Assembly (NCBI GenBank): GCA_958296135.2
Contig: CATQHZ020000001.1
Location: 3,584,001-3,648,000 of the forward strand
DNA length: 64,000 nucleotides
Direction of reading: 5' to 3'
Source: an uncultured Poribacteria bacterium
GTDB lineage: Bacteria > Poribacteria > WGA-4E > WGA-3G
In this document: in pieces, positions 38,940 to 49,639 of the stretch
Numbering within the stretch: position 1 is the stretch's first letter
How the letters are laid out: each line of letters begins with the position of its first letter
Notes under the pieces: generated by a model
Database searches by the model: none
Told to the model about the DNA's origin: nothing
Seen by the model: only the letters and a program-made list of their open reading frames with translations
Position numbers and translations under genes: made by a program

Positions 38940-41687
38940 TTATAGTGGCTCTAACCGAACCGGACAAACTTTCAATTCCGCCGTATGCGTTACCGGATCG
39001 TAGCCGGAGCCGGTCAGGAGGTTGACAGGGACATCCGCGAAACTGAAACTGGCGAAAACGGTGCCGCGCGGCGAACGGTTCATCGCCTTCACTTTAATGG
39101 TGATGCTGCCTCGCGCGCTGCTCATTTTGCACCACTCCCCATCAGTCAGTCCCCATTTCTCAATGTCGGCAGGGTTCACCTCAAGTGCCTCTTCAGGAAG
39201 TAGATACTCAATACCCTGTGCGCGTCCGGTTTGCGTGCGGGTGTGGTAAGACTGCAAGCGGCGGCCGGTCGTCAGCCATATTGGGAACGCATCGTCAATT
39301 GTTTCGGCCGGGTCGCGGTAATGCACGTTTGAAAAGACACCGCGCCCGTTAACAAACTCGCCTTCATGTAACCGTGGCGTGCCGGGGTGCTCCTTGTGCG
39401 GCACGGGCCACTGATACTCACCTTTGTCAACGCGTTCCCAATCTAAACCGGCGTAAACCGGCGAAACCCGACAGAGTTCGTTAAAAATTGGCGTGGGTGA
39501 GTCAAAATCAAATCCGTTAAAACCGAGGCGTTGTGCGAGTTGACAGATAATCCACCAATCCGGCTTCGCCTCGCCGGGGGGCGGCACCGCTGCGCGCATC
39601 CGCTGCACCCGCCGTTCCGTGTTCGTGCAGACACCGTCTGTTTCTCCCCACGCCGTCGCGGGGAAGACAACATCTGCAAGTTGTGCAGTCTCTGTCAGGA
39701 AAATATCGATGACAACGAGATGTTCTAGTGAACGCAAAGCATGCTCGCAATGCTTCCGGTCCGGGTCGGACAGCAATGTGTTTTCGCCATCAATGAGCAT
39801 CGCATGAATGCTGTCACCGCACAATTCCAGCGCAGTTACTTTTGTGATGCCCTTCTCCAACTCAACCTCGGTGCCATACTCACGCTTGAACTTTTCCTGA
39901 TTTGCGGGTTCTGTGACAGATTGAAAGCCGGGGTAGTTGTTCGGCAGCGCGCCGCTGTCGCCGGCACCCTGGATGTTGTTTTGCCCGCGCATCGGGTTGA
40001 TACCGGTGCCTTCGCGCCCAATATTGCCCGTCATGAGCGCGAGGTTGCACAGACTCTGCACATTCTCAACCCCGCAAATATGTTCCGTGATGCCGAGCGT
40101 GTAGTAGATGGCACTTTTGTCCGCGCTGCCATACCACATCGCCGCTGTCTCAATGTCCTTCGCCGGCACGCCTGTGATGGTTTCAGCCCATTCGGGTGTC
40201 CACTGTGAAATGTGTTCAAAGAATTCATCAAATCCAACGGTGCGGTTTTTGATAAATTCCTCGTCAACTAACCCTTCGCGCGCAATAACGTGCGCCATGC
40301 CGAGAAGCAGCGCAGTATCGGAACCGACACGAAGGGGTAAATAGAGATGCGACATCTCCGCCAACCCGATGCGTCTCGGGTCTGCGACAATGAGTTTCGC
40401 GCCGCGCGCAACTGCCTTTTTCAGTCCCGTCGCGGCGACAGGGTGACACTCCGTCATATTCGTGCCGATGCAGAAAATGACATCAGGCTTTTGCATGTCC
40501 ACGAGAGGATTTGACATTGCCCCGCGCCCAATTGTCGCTGCCAGCCCGGCAACGGTGGGCGCGTGTCAGGCACGGCTGCAATTGTCGATGTAGTTCGTGC
40601 CGAATCCCGCGCGGATGAACTTCTGCATCAGATAAGCGGCTTCGCTCGGGGCGCGCCCAGAAGCGATGCCGTAGATGCTGTGCCTGCCGTGCGCAGCATG
40701 CGTTTTGCGGAACCCTTCTGCTGCCCTGTCAAGTGCGTCCTCCCAAGTTGCCTCGTGAAGTTCGCCATCTTCTTCACGAACAAGCGGCGTTTTGAGTCTA
40801 TCAGGATGCTGCACGAAGTCGTAAGCAAATTGCCCTTTGACACAGAGCGCGCCCTGATTGGCGGGGCCGTCCATCGCCGGATGGACACCCACAATCTTCT
40901 CATCTTGCGTGAGAATGTCCACAGAACAGCCGACACCGCAATAAGGACAGATTGTCCGCGTTTTTTCAAGTGGCGCGCGGTTAGAAACCGCGCCTACCGG
41001 GACAGCGCGCATCGCCTTTTTGTCCGCAAGCGCGCCGGTGGGACACGTCTGGATGCACTGCCCACAAAAGGTGCACGCCGAATCCTTGAGAAGCCCATCG
41101 AACTCCGTGGCAATCTGTGTATGGAAACCGCGGTTCATTACCGTGATGGCGTGGTCTCCCTCTTGTTCAGCGCAGACGCGCACGCACCGATAACAAGAGA
41201 TGCACAACTCGTAGTCACGAAGGATAAACGGGTTGTCATCCGATTTACTCGTCCCAGATGTCGCGCCCGTTATCTTCCCAAGTTCGGAGCGCGAGGGCCT
41301 ATCCCTCGCGAGCTCTCTTTTTGGAGTTACCGCATATCTATCGCGGAGTTTCGCGAGCTCCCCAGAGGCATACCCACGCAACGGATGCACATCCACCTCC
41401 CGATTCTCACTGATAACCATCTCGATGAGCGTCTTCCGATACGCCTCAATCTCCTCCGTTGCGGTGCGGACTACCATTCCCGGTGCCGCCTGCGTCGTGC
41501 AAGATGCCACCGGGTTTCGCGCGCCTTCCAATTCAACGATGCAGAGCCTGCAACCGCCGAAGGGTTCAAGCCGCGTATCATAACAGAGCGTCGGAATCTC
41601 TTTGTGATGTCGCTGCGCGACTTCAAGAAGTGTCTCACCTTCAGAAAAGGCGACTTCCTTGCCATCAATTGTTAGTTTATGCACCAT
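38940..41687 (-). CDS. fdhF: Selenocysteine-containing formate dehydrogenase alpha subunit with N-terminal Fe-S domains
   Basis: Two ORFs joined in frame through TGA 40566-40568: DNCSRA-U-HAPTVAGL; 2Fe-2S and 4Fe-4S Cys motifs, CPYCGVGC, RGQNNIQG. Confidence 0.93.
40536..40554 (-). promoter_or_regulatory. Candidate SECIS hairpin of fdhF
   Basis: CGUUGCC-GGGCU-GGCAGCG starting 11 nt after the UGA. Confidence 0.7.
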
Positions 41688-41768
41688 CGGAGTCATCCTC
41701 ATTCATACGGTAAACCGTAGCGCGAGGGGAAACCTGTCCCTCGCGAACTTCGCATACCGGGCGTTTTT

Positions 41769-42788
41769 TTACTCGTCACCCTCAAAATCGATCTGTGGGA
41801 CTTCCACGTTGCCAGCAAGAATCGCTTTTTTCACTTCCTCAACCTTCGCTTGCACCTCTGCAGGCACCTGAGCTTTCAAGGCCGGATTATAGTTCATCGA
41901 GATCGCGCCATCGCTCGCCATCGTGAAGACATAAGACTTCGGTTCAAAAGTGCCTTCTTTGACATGTCGCGCAATCTGCACAAAAGCACCCGGCGTAATG
42001 ACTGCATTGGCAAGCACCGTTGTCGGCGAGACTTCACTCTGATCGCGGTTGGAACCGAACGTCCAAACAAATTTCCCGTTGGCTTGCTCTTTCTCTACCG
42101 CATCGAACACACCGCGCCCCGCCGCATCCGCGTTATGAAAAATAAAGTCAATGCCCTCCTGAATTTGCGCGAGCGCGAGCTCCTTCGCTTTACCGATGTT
42201 TTCCCAGTCGCCCACGTACGCGCGGCGAACCTCCGCGCCCCGGTTGACACTTTTCACGCCGCCTTCAAACGCCATAAACGTGCTATTCACAGACGGAATG
42301 TTCTGCCCGCCGATAATGCCGATTTTGTCTGTCTTCGTCATCATCCCGGAGATGACACCCAACAAGTAGGAGGCTTGCTCAAGCCGAAAGATGATAGGCG
42401 AGACATTGTCCATGATAGTACCGCCCGAGGAAGTAATAAAAACGGTTTCCGGGAAATCCTGCGCAACCGCTTTCGCAGCGTCTTGATACTCGTAGCCGTG
42501 CCCGAAGATGAGATGATACCCATCCAGCGCATAGGCACGGAAGTGTTCCTCCTGGTCTGCCGGAGTTCGGCTCTCGACGTGACTGATTTTCGCGCCGAGT
42601 TCCTTTTCAATCCCCTTGAGCCCATCGTAAGCCAGCGCGTTCCAGCCAGCATCGCTGATAGATGCAGGCAGAAGCATCGCTACCTTGAATTCCTTCGCCT
42701 TGTGCCCATCAGCGTCAACATTCGCACCGCCGAAAAGCAGCACCCCGATTGTGAGAAGACAGATGGTTGTCCAATGCTTATGTTTCAT
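41769..42788 (-). CDS. BMP/PnrA-family ABC substrate-binding protein
   Basis: Signal peptide; SISDAGWN, GYHLIFGHGYEY, TKTDKIGIIGG. Confidence 0.88.
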   Translation of the reverse strand: MKHKHWTTICLLTIGVLLFGGANVDADGHKAKEFKVAMLLPASISDAGWNALAYDGLKGIEKELGAKISHVESRTPADQEEHFRAYALDGYHLIFGHGYEYQDAAKAVAQDFPETVFITSSGGTIMDNVSPIIFRLEQASYLLGVISGMMTKTDKIGIIGGQNIPSVNSTFMAFEGGVKSVNRGAEVRRAYVGDWENIGKAKELALAQIQEGIDFIFHNADAAGRGVFDAVEKEQANGKFVWTFGSNRDQSEVSPTTVLANAVITPGAFVQIARHVKEGTFEPKSYVFTMASDGAISMNYNPALKAQVPAEVQAKVEEVKKAILAGNVEVPQIDFEGDE

Positions 42789-42851
42789 GAAATGTTTTCC
42801 TTCTGGTGAACCGATAAGCGCAGTTTCAAACCGCGCCTACCGGCAGGGCTT

Positions 42852-43880
42852 TTATTCGTTATCCCCAAACGCAATTTGCGGCACCTCCAGCGTGCCAGCG
42901 AAGATCTGCTTCTTCGCCGCCGCAACCTGCTTTTGCACTGCCGCCGGCACTTTATCCTTCAGTTTCGGGTTATAGTGCATCTCAATCGCACCGCCTTTCG
43001 TCATTGTGAAGACATAAGGCTTCGGTTCAAAAGTGCCGCTTTTAACAGCGCTGGCGATTTGCACAAAGACATCCGATTTGATGACAGAACTCGCTAAAAT
43101 CGTCGTTGGCGAGACTTCATGCTGCGCGCGGTTAGAACCGAACGTCCAGCCCTGTTTCCCGGCGGCTTGCGCGATTTCCACCGCCTCATACATGCCGAGG
43201 GCTGCCACATCCGCGTTGTGAAAGAAAAAGTCAAACCCCTCTTCAATCTGCGCAAGCGTTATTTCCTTCGCTTTGTCCCGGCTCACCCAATCGCCGACGT
43301 AATTCCATTGCACTTCAACATCGGGGTTGACACTTTTCGCGCCCGCCTCAAACGCGACAAACGTGCTATTAATGGACGGGACATCGCGGCCGCCGAGCAC
43401 ACCGATTTTACCACTTTTCGTCATCGCGCCAGCAAGGATACCCAAGAGGTAGGTAGCCCCTTCGGCGCGCGAGTCGATCGGTGCCAGATTCGGGGCAACA
43501 GCGATGCTCCCCGAAGTATTGACAAAGATGGTGTTTGGAAAATCAACGGCAACGGTTTTGGCAGCCTCTTGATACTCGTAGCCGTGCCCGAAGATGAGAT
43601 GATACCCATCCAGCGCATAGGCACGGAAACGCGCCTCCTGGGCAGCAGGCGTAATGTTCTCAACGTAGGCAATCTCCGCGCCGAGCTCCTTTTCAATCGC
43701 TTTGAGCCCCTCATATCCCAGCGTTGTCCATCCCTGGTCATCGATGGAAGCAGACAGCAGCATGGCAACCTTAAACGGCTTTTCTTCTGCCTGATGCTTA
43801 TCGGCGTAACCATTCGCGCCGCTGAGCAGCATCACCCCAATTGCGATAAGCCACGCTGTTATCCAGCAAATCTGTCTCAT
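42852..43880 (-). CDS. BMP/PnrA-family substrate-binding protein, tandem paralog
   Basis: Same motifs; shares identical DNA blocks with the neighbour. Confidence 0.88.
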   Translation of the reverse strand: MRQICWITAWLIAIGVMLLSGANGYADKHQAEEKPFKVAMLLSASIDDQGWTTLGYEGLKAIEKELGAEIAYVENITPAAQEARFRAYALDGYHLIFGHGYEYQEAAKTVAVDFPNTIFVNTSGSIAVAPNLAPIDSRAEGATYLLGILAGAMTKSGKIGVLGGRDVPSINSTFVAFEAGAKSVNPDVEVQWNYVGDWVSRDKAKEITLAQIEEGFDFFFHNADVAALGMYEAVEIAQAAGKQGWTFGSNRAQHEVSPTTILASSVIKSDVFVQIASAVKSGTFEPKPYVFTMTKGGAIEMHYNPKLKDKVPAAVQKQVAAAKKQIFAGTLEVPQIAFGDNE

Positions 43881-44147
43881 GAAAATTCGCCTCCGTTCTT
43901 TATTGTGCGGGTACCGAGTCTGGCAACGTATCGAATTGTTCCAATGCAGGACAAGCGGAGTCTTCGCGGTTCATCGGCATTATGGAAGTCTGCCATGACT
44001 CTGTGTTTGTTCATTGATTCTCCAACCAGAGTTTTGGTATTCTCTGCCATTTCGCCCCGGTAGGAGAGACATGCCCGGCTCGATACTTTGAGAGCAGTAT
44101 AGCATATTGACGCAGAAAAGTCCAATTTTAACGCGAACACGCTACCC

Positions 44148-44446
44148 TCATGTCCTCTTGCTGACAGATTCCGTTGCAACCTTGAACATAGCCTTCACTG
44201 CGCCAAACAGCATCAGCAGATTCACCAAGGCAAAATCTGCGCGGTTTTGGGGAAATATGTCACCGACAAGCCGTCCGAATTGCCACAAATTGCCATCGGT
44301 GACAATGCCATACAGTGGCAAGTCTCGCAGTGCTGCTTGAAGATGGCACGCGCTTGTTGCCCGAGGTCTTGTTGCGCATCCGCACGCCCAACAAATCCTA
44401 GCAAGATGAAGATGAAAAACATTACGAAAGAGTTGCGATGTTTCAT
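44148..44446 (-). pseudogene. Chimeric remnant: signal peptide plus CxxCH fragment joined out of frame to a nuclease-like C-terminus
   Basis: MKHRNSF...IFKQHCETCH, then in another frame PLYGIVTDGNLWQFGRL...KRT-stop. Confidence 0.45.
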
Positions 44447-44521
44447 AGAAAATTTATTTCATGCCCGGGGAATCTGTAGGCGCGCTTTGCAAGCGCGCCT
44501 ACCGTTGAGGCTGACCAAGTC

Positions 44522-45442
44522 CTAGTGACTGAGTGCCTCTAGGAACATTTCAAGGCTCTCTGCCGACGCGGCGGCAGGAGCCAGCTGCCTGAGCCGCTCC
44601 ACGTCGTCGATCGTTTCAAGAAGCGGTCTTAAGGAACGCACAGACGTTGTCTGAAAACGCGCTTCGAGGAAACTGAGGATAGTCCCAATCGTAGCATTCC
44701 TCTCGCCTTGCTCAATTCCTTGTGCAAGTGCTTCCTCAACCGCTGGTTTTATCGCCTTTTCGGCATAGCCTTTGGCATAGCGTTGGAAAAGAAGTGATTC
44801 GTTCACCATGTCCTCCGTTATTGAACTCATTATCAATTCTTCGGTGTAACCTAACTGCCCGAATACACCGAGAACGGCCAGTAAATCATGCCGATGCTCC
44901 CTGCTCACAGACAGCGAGGATGTTGCATCAATGCACGCTTTCAACCATCGTTCTGCGCTCATGCCTTCGGGCGGCCGCATCAATGGCGTAAACGGCATCA
45001 AGCCCGGTGCCTGCAATTCCAAAACCGAGGGACCGTCAAGCTCAATTAGACGGACTACCCGATATGTCAACAGATAACACGGCTTGCCATGCCGCTCATA
45101 ACCATATCCACCCGGGTCGTTGCGGCCCGCCTTGGCATGCAAGTAGATAACCGTGCTGTACACCGGCTTCTGATGCTCTGCAATCAGGAACCCGTGATAC
45201 CCCGCCACGCGGAACGGCATCGGTTCTCGGCTGTTGCGAGCTTGCACTTCCACATGCGAGATGCTCTCCTCCTCGCCAATACTCACCTCCCAGGTACTAT
45301 CAGCGTGACGCGTTTTCAGCGTCGGCTGCTCCGTATCCAGTCGCCTCAGCACTTTCAGGTTCGGTGCATCCTGGAGAAAGGGGAGGAGCGTGTCAGCGTT
45401 ATGCAGCAGCAGATGCTTTGCTGCATCGTCATATTGTGCCAT
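44522..45442 (-). CDS. Rpn/YhgA-like PD-(D/E)XK putative nuclease/transposase
   Basis: YDDAAKHL, RHADS, HVEVQ, MPFRVAGY, QGIEQGE, LEARF C-terminal pattern. Confidence 0.75.
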   Translation of the reverse strand: MAQYDDAAKHLLLHNADTLLPFLQDAPNLKVLRRLDTEQPTLKTRHADSTWEVSIGEEESISHVEVQARNSREPMPFRVAGYHGFLIAEHQKPVYSTVIYLHAKAGRNDPGGYGYERHGKPCYLLTYRVVRLIELDGPSVLELQAPGLMPFTPLMRPPEGMSAERWLKACIDATSSLSVSREHRHDLLAVLGVFGQLGYTEELIMSSITEDMVNESLLFQRYAKGYAEKAIKPAVEEALAQGIEQGERNATIGTILSFLEARFQTTSVRSLRPLLETIDDVERLRQLAPAAASAESLEMFLEALSH

Positions 45443-45619
45443 GATAGAATGATTATACCTCTTTTTCTGAGAGGATGTCAACCAATTTTTTTCAGTTGCA
45501 TCTATTTCCGAATAAGCCTCTTCCGCGTAATGAACGCCTGCTATTCACACCATATCATATAGAATACCACAAAAAGCAGCAATTTGCAAAAAACATTCCT
45601 GACACAAAATGCCCAAACT

Positions 45620-47059
45620 TTAGGACATCTCGGCCAACTTCCTCTGCAGCCACCGCGTCATCGGCGCATGCCCCGGGTCGCACACTTCAATGAGATGCCC
45701 CGGCAACGGCTGCCCAATCAACGCTTCCACATCCCGCCGGCGTTCCGCAACAACCAACGGGTGCTCGCTCGCGACATTGAACTTCTCCCCCGGGTCGTTC
45801 CGAATGTCAAACAACTCATCGCCTTTCTCATCACGATAGCCGACAGCAGTGCAAAAATTCCAAAGGTTATCGCGCACGCTGACGCGCCCACGCGCATTGC
45901 CCATAACAAATCCAGCCCATCCCGTGATAATCCGTTCGCGCAAGAACGCTTTCTCCTGTGTGACAAGCGGCCACATATCCTCGCCATCTGTCCAACCGCA
46001 CGGAATTCCGAGTTGATTCAGAAGCGTCGGCATCAGATCGTGATTTTGGACGAAGGCGGAGACATCCCTGTCACTCGGGCCGTTCGGGTGCCGAATCATC
46101 AGATTGAGCTGCGTATTAAATGGATGCAGCTTGTTCGCGCCCTTGCCGAAGCTGCCATGGTCGCGGAGTTGCGTACCGTGGTCGGACATCAGCACGACGA
46201 TGGTGTCATCGCGAAGGTTCAGCGCGTCTATTTTGTCTAACAGCGCGCCTACCCACTTATCCACAAACGTCACCTCGCCGAGGTAGAGTGCCTCAATGCG
46301 GCGGAGCTCTGCCTCGGTAGGGCCATCGCCTTCGTTTGCGCTGCCCGGCGTGATGAAATCCTTCCCCTCATACTCCGGGAAATAGAAATCGGCGTAGGGT
46401 TTGGGCGGATCCCACGGTTCATGCGGGTCGAAACTATCCACCCATAGGAAGAAAGGTCCCACGGTATGATTATCGTCAAGCCAATCGGATGCTGCCCGAA
46501 AGACGCGCGCGCAACTATAGTCATCCTCCGATTCGCGGTGGCGTTGGCAGAGCAGATAGTTGACTAAACCAGCGTGCCGCTGCCAATTCAGCGGTTCACG
46601 CACGTGCTCGCGGAGTCGCGCTTCAATGAGCCTCGGGTCGCCGCTGCGCCAGTTATCCGATTCTTGTCCTCGGATGAAATCGAAATGTGCGAAGCCGCGC
46701 GAGAAGTTCATCGTCGGTTTAAACATGTGGTAGGTATCGGCGATGAGCGCGGTGAGATACCCGCGCTCCAGCAGCACCTCGGCAAGCGTATCCTGTTCCG
46801 GTGGAATCTTGTGCCAGCCGGGCGCGTGGTGCCAATGCCCGCGCCGGTCGAAGTTATATTTCCACGGGAAACTGCGCATCCCGGTGAAATTCGCGCGGCG
46901 GACTTGCAGCGTCGGCTGTCCTTCGCCGAAGGCACGCGTAAATCGGACGCTCTCGGATGCAAGCGCGTCAAGGTTCGGCGTTCGAGCGTGGCTGAATTTC
47001 TTCCCGCTGCCGATGATGTCAGCGCGGAACGTATCTAAGCAGATACAGATAATGTTCAT
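45620..47059 (-). CDS. Sulfatase-like hydrolase with non-canonical nucleophile motif
   Basis: ICLDTFRAD, TPNLDALA, FDPHEPWDPP, SDHG; TLQVR in place of CxPxR. Confidence 0.82.
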   Translation of the reverse strand: MNIICICLDTFRADIIGSGKKFSHARTPNLDALASESVRFTRAFGEGQPTLQVRRANFTGMRSFPWKYNFDRRGHWHHAPGWHKIPPEQDTLAEVLLERGYLTALIADTYHMFKPTMNFSRGFAHFDFIRGQESDNWRSGDPRLIEARLREHVREPLNWQRHAGLVNYLLCQRHRESEDDYSCARVFRAASDWLDDNHTVGPFFLWVDSFDPHEPWDPPKPYADFYFPEYEGKDFITPGSANEGDGPTEAELRRIEALYLGEVTFVDKWVGALLDKIDALNLRDDTIVVLMSDHGTQLRDHGSFGKGANKLHPFNTQLNLMIRHPNGPSDRDVSAFVQNHDLMPTLLNQLGIPCGWTDGEDMWPLVTQEKAFLRERIITGWAGFVMGNARGRVSVRDNLWNFCTAVGYRDEKGDELFDIRNDPGEKFNVASEHPLVVAERRRDVEALIGQPLPGHLIEVCDPGHAPMTRWLQRKLAEMS

Positions 47060-47077
47060 AAGTTAGCCCCCTTTTCC

Positions 47078-47818
47078 TCACATCATTTCGTCAAGGATTC
47101 TCTTGATGGCTTCTCCCGGGTCTGCCGCTTCCAAGACCGGTCTGCCGACGACGATGTAGTCTGCACCGCGAGTTATTGCCTCTGCCGGCGTTGTGAAGCG
47201 CCGCTGATCGCCTGTGGCTGCCCATTTCGGCCGAATGCCCGGTGTGACAATCACGAAATCATCACCGCACGCCGCCCGAATCGGTTCAATTTCCAGCGGC
47301 GAGGCGACGACCCCGGCCAATCCCGCTTCTTGCGTCTGTCTCGCAAGATGAACTACCTGTTCCGTGAGCGGCCGCTCAGAACCGAAACTGGCCTGAAAAC
47401 CGGATCCATCGATGCTGGTGAGCATTGTCACACCGAGCAAGATGGGGCGGGACTTCCGAGAAGAGGCAGCATCCGCACTTACCCGCGCAGCCTGCATCAT
47501 CTCAATGCCACCGGCGGCATGCATGTTCATCATGTGCACGCCGTGTTTAGTCATCATGCCGACATCCCGCGCTACCGTGTTTGGAATGTCGTGAAACTTC
47601 AGATCGAGAAAGATGCGATGCCCGTTCTGTCCGAGCCATTCAAACCCCGCAACGCCGACAGAACTAAACGCCTGAAAGCCGAGTTTCACCCACGGCACGC
47701 CCATTTCCATCAGTCTCCCAGATATCCCTTCAATATCTTCCAGATCGCCGGTATCCAAAGCGACAATGAGTCTGTCTTTCAATGTGTGAGTCTCCTTCGG
47801 GCGGATATAGAAATCCAC
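47078..47818 (-). CDS. pyrF: Orotidine-5'-phosphate decarboxylase
   Basis: LIVALD, FLDLKFHDIPNTV, VTPGIRP, DQRR, IVVGRP. Confidence 0.96.
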   Translation of the reverse strand: MDFYIRPKETHTLKDRLIVALDTGDLEDIEGISGRLMEMGVPWVKLGFQAFSSVGVAGFEWLGQNGHRIFLDLKFHDIPNTVARDVGMMTKHGVHMMNMHAAGGIEMMQAARVSADAASSRKSRPILLGVTMLTSIDGSGFQASFGSERPLTEQVVHLARQTQEAGLAGVVASPLEIEPIRAACGDDFVIVTPGIRPKWAATGDQRRFTTPAEAITRGADYIVVGRPVLEAADPGEAIKRILDEMM

Positions 47819-47952
47819 CTTAACAACCCGGATTTCGGAGGTGAAGATAGCGAGGGACAGGTTTTCCCTCGCCCTCGCGCTACGGTAAACTGTGAGAGAA
47901 CGCGGAGATAGGCCCTCGCGCTACGGTAGGGGAACCGGTTTTATGTTATCGC

Positions 47953-49452
47953 CTAGACCGGTTTCCCCAACAAAACCTGCTCAACCGTTCGCAGCGTCTC
48001 GCGGTGCGCATCGTCAATCTGCGTTTGGCAGGTATAGATTTGCAACGCAATCTCGTTCAACTGTTCTTCAAACGCCTCGCGCATCCGATGCACTTCATCA
48101 GGAGAAGTCCCGCCGAGGCTGCGGTTGTTGCGGATGGCGAACGCCGCATCTAGAATCTGCTGCAGTTGCGAAATCGGAATCTCGATTCCTTTTTCCTTTA
48201 GCAGGCCCTGCGTTGCTGCCCAGTTAGCGAACGTCTTGTCTTGCTTCACCAATTCCCCGACGAGCCATCCGACAATCTCATGGCATTCTCGGAAACTGAT
48301 GTCGTGTTCTGTGACGAGATAGTTCGCCAATTCCGTCGCCGTTGCGAAGTTAGCGTTCGCCAATTCTGCCATCCGTTCCGCGCGGAAATCTGTCGTCTCA
48401 AGAAGTTCCGGTAGCACACCGAGGCACGCCTTGACGATATCAAACGCCTCCCACAGCGGCGGTTTGTCCTCCTGAAAATCGCGATTGTAGCCCATCGGCA
48501 ACCCCTTGAGATTTGTCAGGAGATCGAACAGGGCCCCATAGACGCGCCCTGTGCGCCCGCGTGTGAGTTCCGCGATGTCTGGGTTCTTTTTCTGCGGCAT
48601 GATGGAGCTCCCGAAACTATAGGCATCGTCAAGCACCGCCATCCCAAATTCATACGTCGTCCAATAGACAATCTCTTCGCTAATCCGAGACAGGTTCGCC
48701 ATCAGCAGCGACAGCGCAAAGAGCGTCTCGGCGATGAAGTCGCGACTGCTGATAACGTCAAGCGCGTGTTCGTGTGGTGCGTCAAAACCGAGCAGTTCTG
48801 TCGTGAGGTGCCGGTCGATGGGAAACGTCGTGCCAGCTAACGCGCACGCGCCGAGTGGGTTCGTATTCGCAAGCGCGTAAGCGGACAGCAACCGCTTCTG
48901 GTCCCGGAGGAACATGCTCACGTAGGCAGTCGCCCAAAAACCAAGGCTGATCGGCTGCGCGTGCTGCGTATGCGTATAGCCCGGCATCACGGTATCCGTA
49001 TGCTCTTCAGCAATCTTGAGAAACGCATCGCTGAGTGCGGAGAGACCGCGCTGAACGTTGAGGATTTCTTCCCGAATGTAGAGGCGCGCGTCCACAAGCA
49101 CCTGGTCATTTCGCGAGCGTGCGGTATGGAGTTTCCCGCCGAATTCGCGCCCCGCATTCTCAATGAGATACGATTCGACGTTCATGTGCACGTCCTCTTT
49201 ATTCGGCTCGAGCGTCAGAGTGCCGTTTTTGAAGTCTTCTTCCGCTTTGCAGAGCCAGCGTAAGATTTCGCCCAGGTCTTCGTCGGAGATGATGCCTTGC
49301 CGTGCGAGCATGATTGCATGCGCTTGGCTGCCCCAGATGTCGTATCCAATCAGGCGCGTGTCTGCCGCAACGGATTGCGTAAAGGCTACCGTCCCGGTGG
49401 TAAGAGCGGTGCTGAATCTGCCACCCCAGAGGGTTTTTTGTGGTGTTTCCAT
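47953..49452 (-). CDS. argH: Argininosuccinate lyase
   Basis: LWGGRF, HTARSRNDQ, MPGYTH, GSSIMPQKKNPD. Confidence 0.97.
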   Translation of the reverse strand: METPQKTLWGGRFSTALTTGTVAFTQSVAADTRLIGYDIWGSQAHAIMLARQGIISDEDLGEILRWLCKAEEDFKNGTLTLEPNKEDVHMNVESYLIENAGREFGGKLHTARSRNDQVLVDARLYIREEILNVQRGLSALSDAFLKIAEEHTDTVMPGYTHTQHAQPISLGFWATAYVSMFLRDQKRLLSAYALANTNPLGACALAGTTFPIDRHLTTELLGFDAPHEHALDVISSRDFIAETLFALSLLMANLSRISEEIVYWTTYEFGMAVLDDAYSFGSSIMPQKKNPDIAELTRGRTGRVYGALFDLLTNLKGLPMGYNRDFQEDKPPLWEAFDIVKACLGVLPELLETTDFRAERMAELANANFATATELANYLVTEHDISFRECHEIVGWLVGELVKQDKTFANWAATQGLLKEKGIEIPISQLQQILDAAFAIRNNRSLGGTSPDEVHRMREAFEEQLNEIALQIYTCQTQIDDAHRETLRTVEQVLLGKPV

Positions 49453-49459
49453 GATAACT

Positions 49460-49590
49460 AAATGTCAAGAACGATCCCAGGCCCCCTGAGCGAAGTCCGG
49501 CGGTTCGCGCATCGGTTCCCAGGGCGGAATCTCAAGTTCCACGCCGCCGAACGGTTTGAACAGCGTATAGATTGCCGTGCCAAGGTCTGG
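49460..49590 (-). pseudogene. Remnant of a FitA/StbC-like antitoxin C-terminus and VapC-like start
   Basis: DLGTAIYTLFKPFGGVELEIPPWEPMREPPDF followed by overlapping IVLD-I-stop. Confidence 0.45.
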
Positions 49591-49639
49591 CGTTCGTTTT
49601 CGATATGATGAATCTCCCGCGCCACGAACAATAGGGGCG

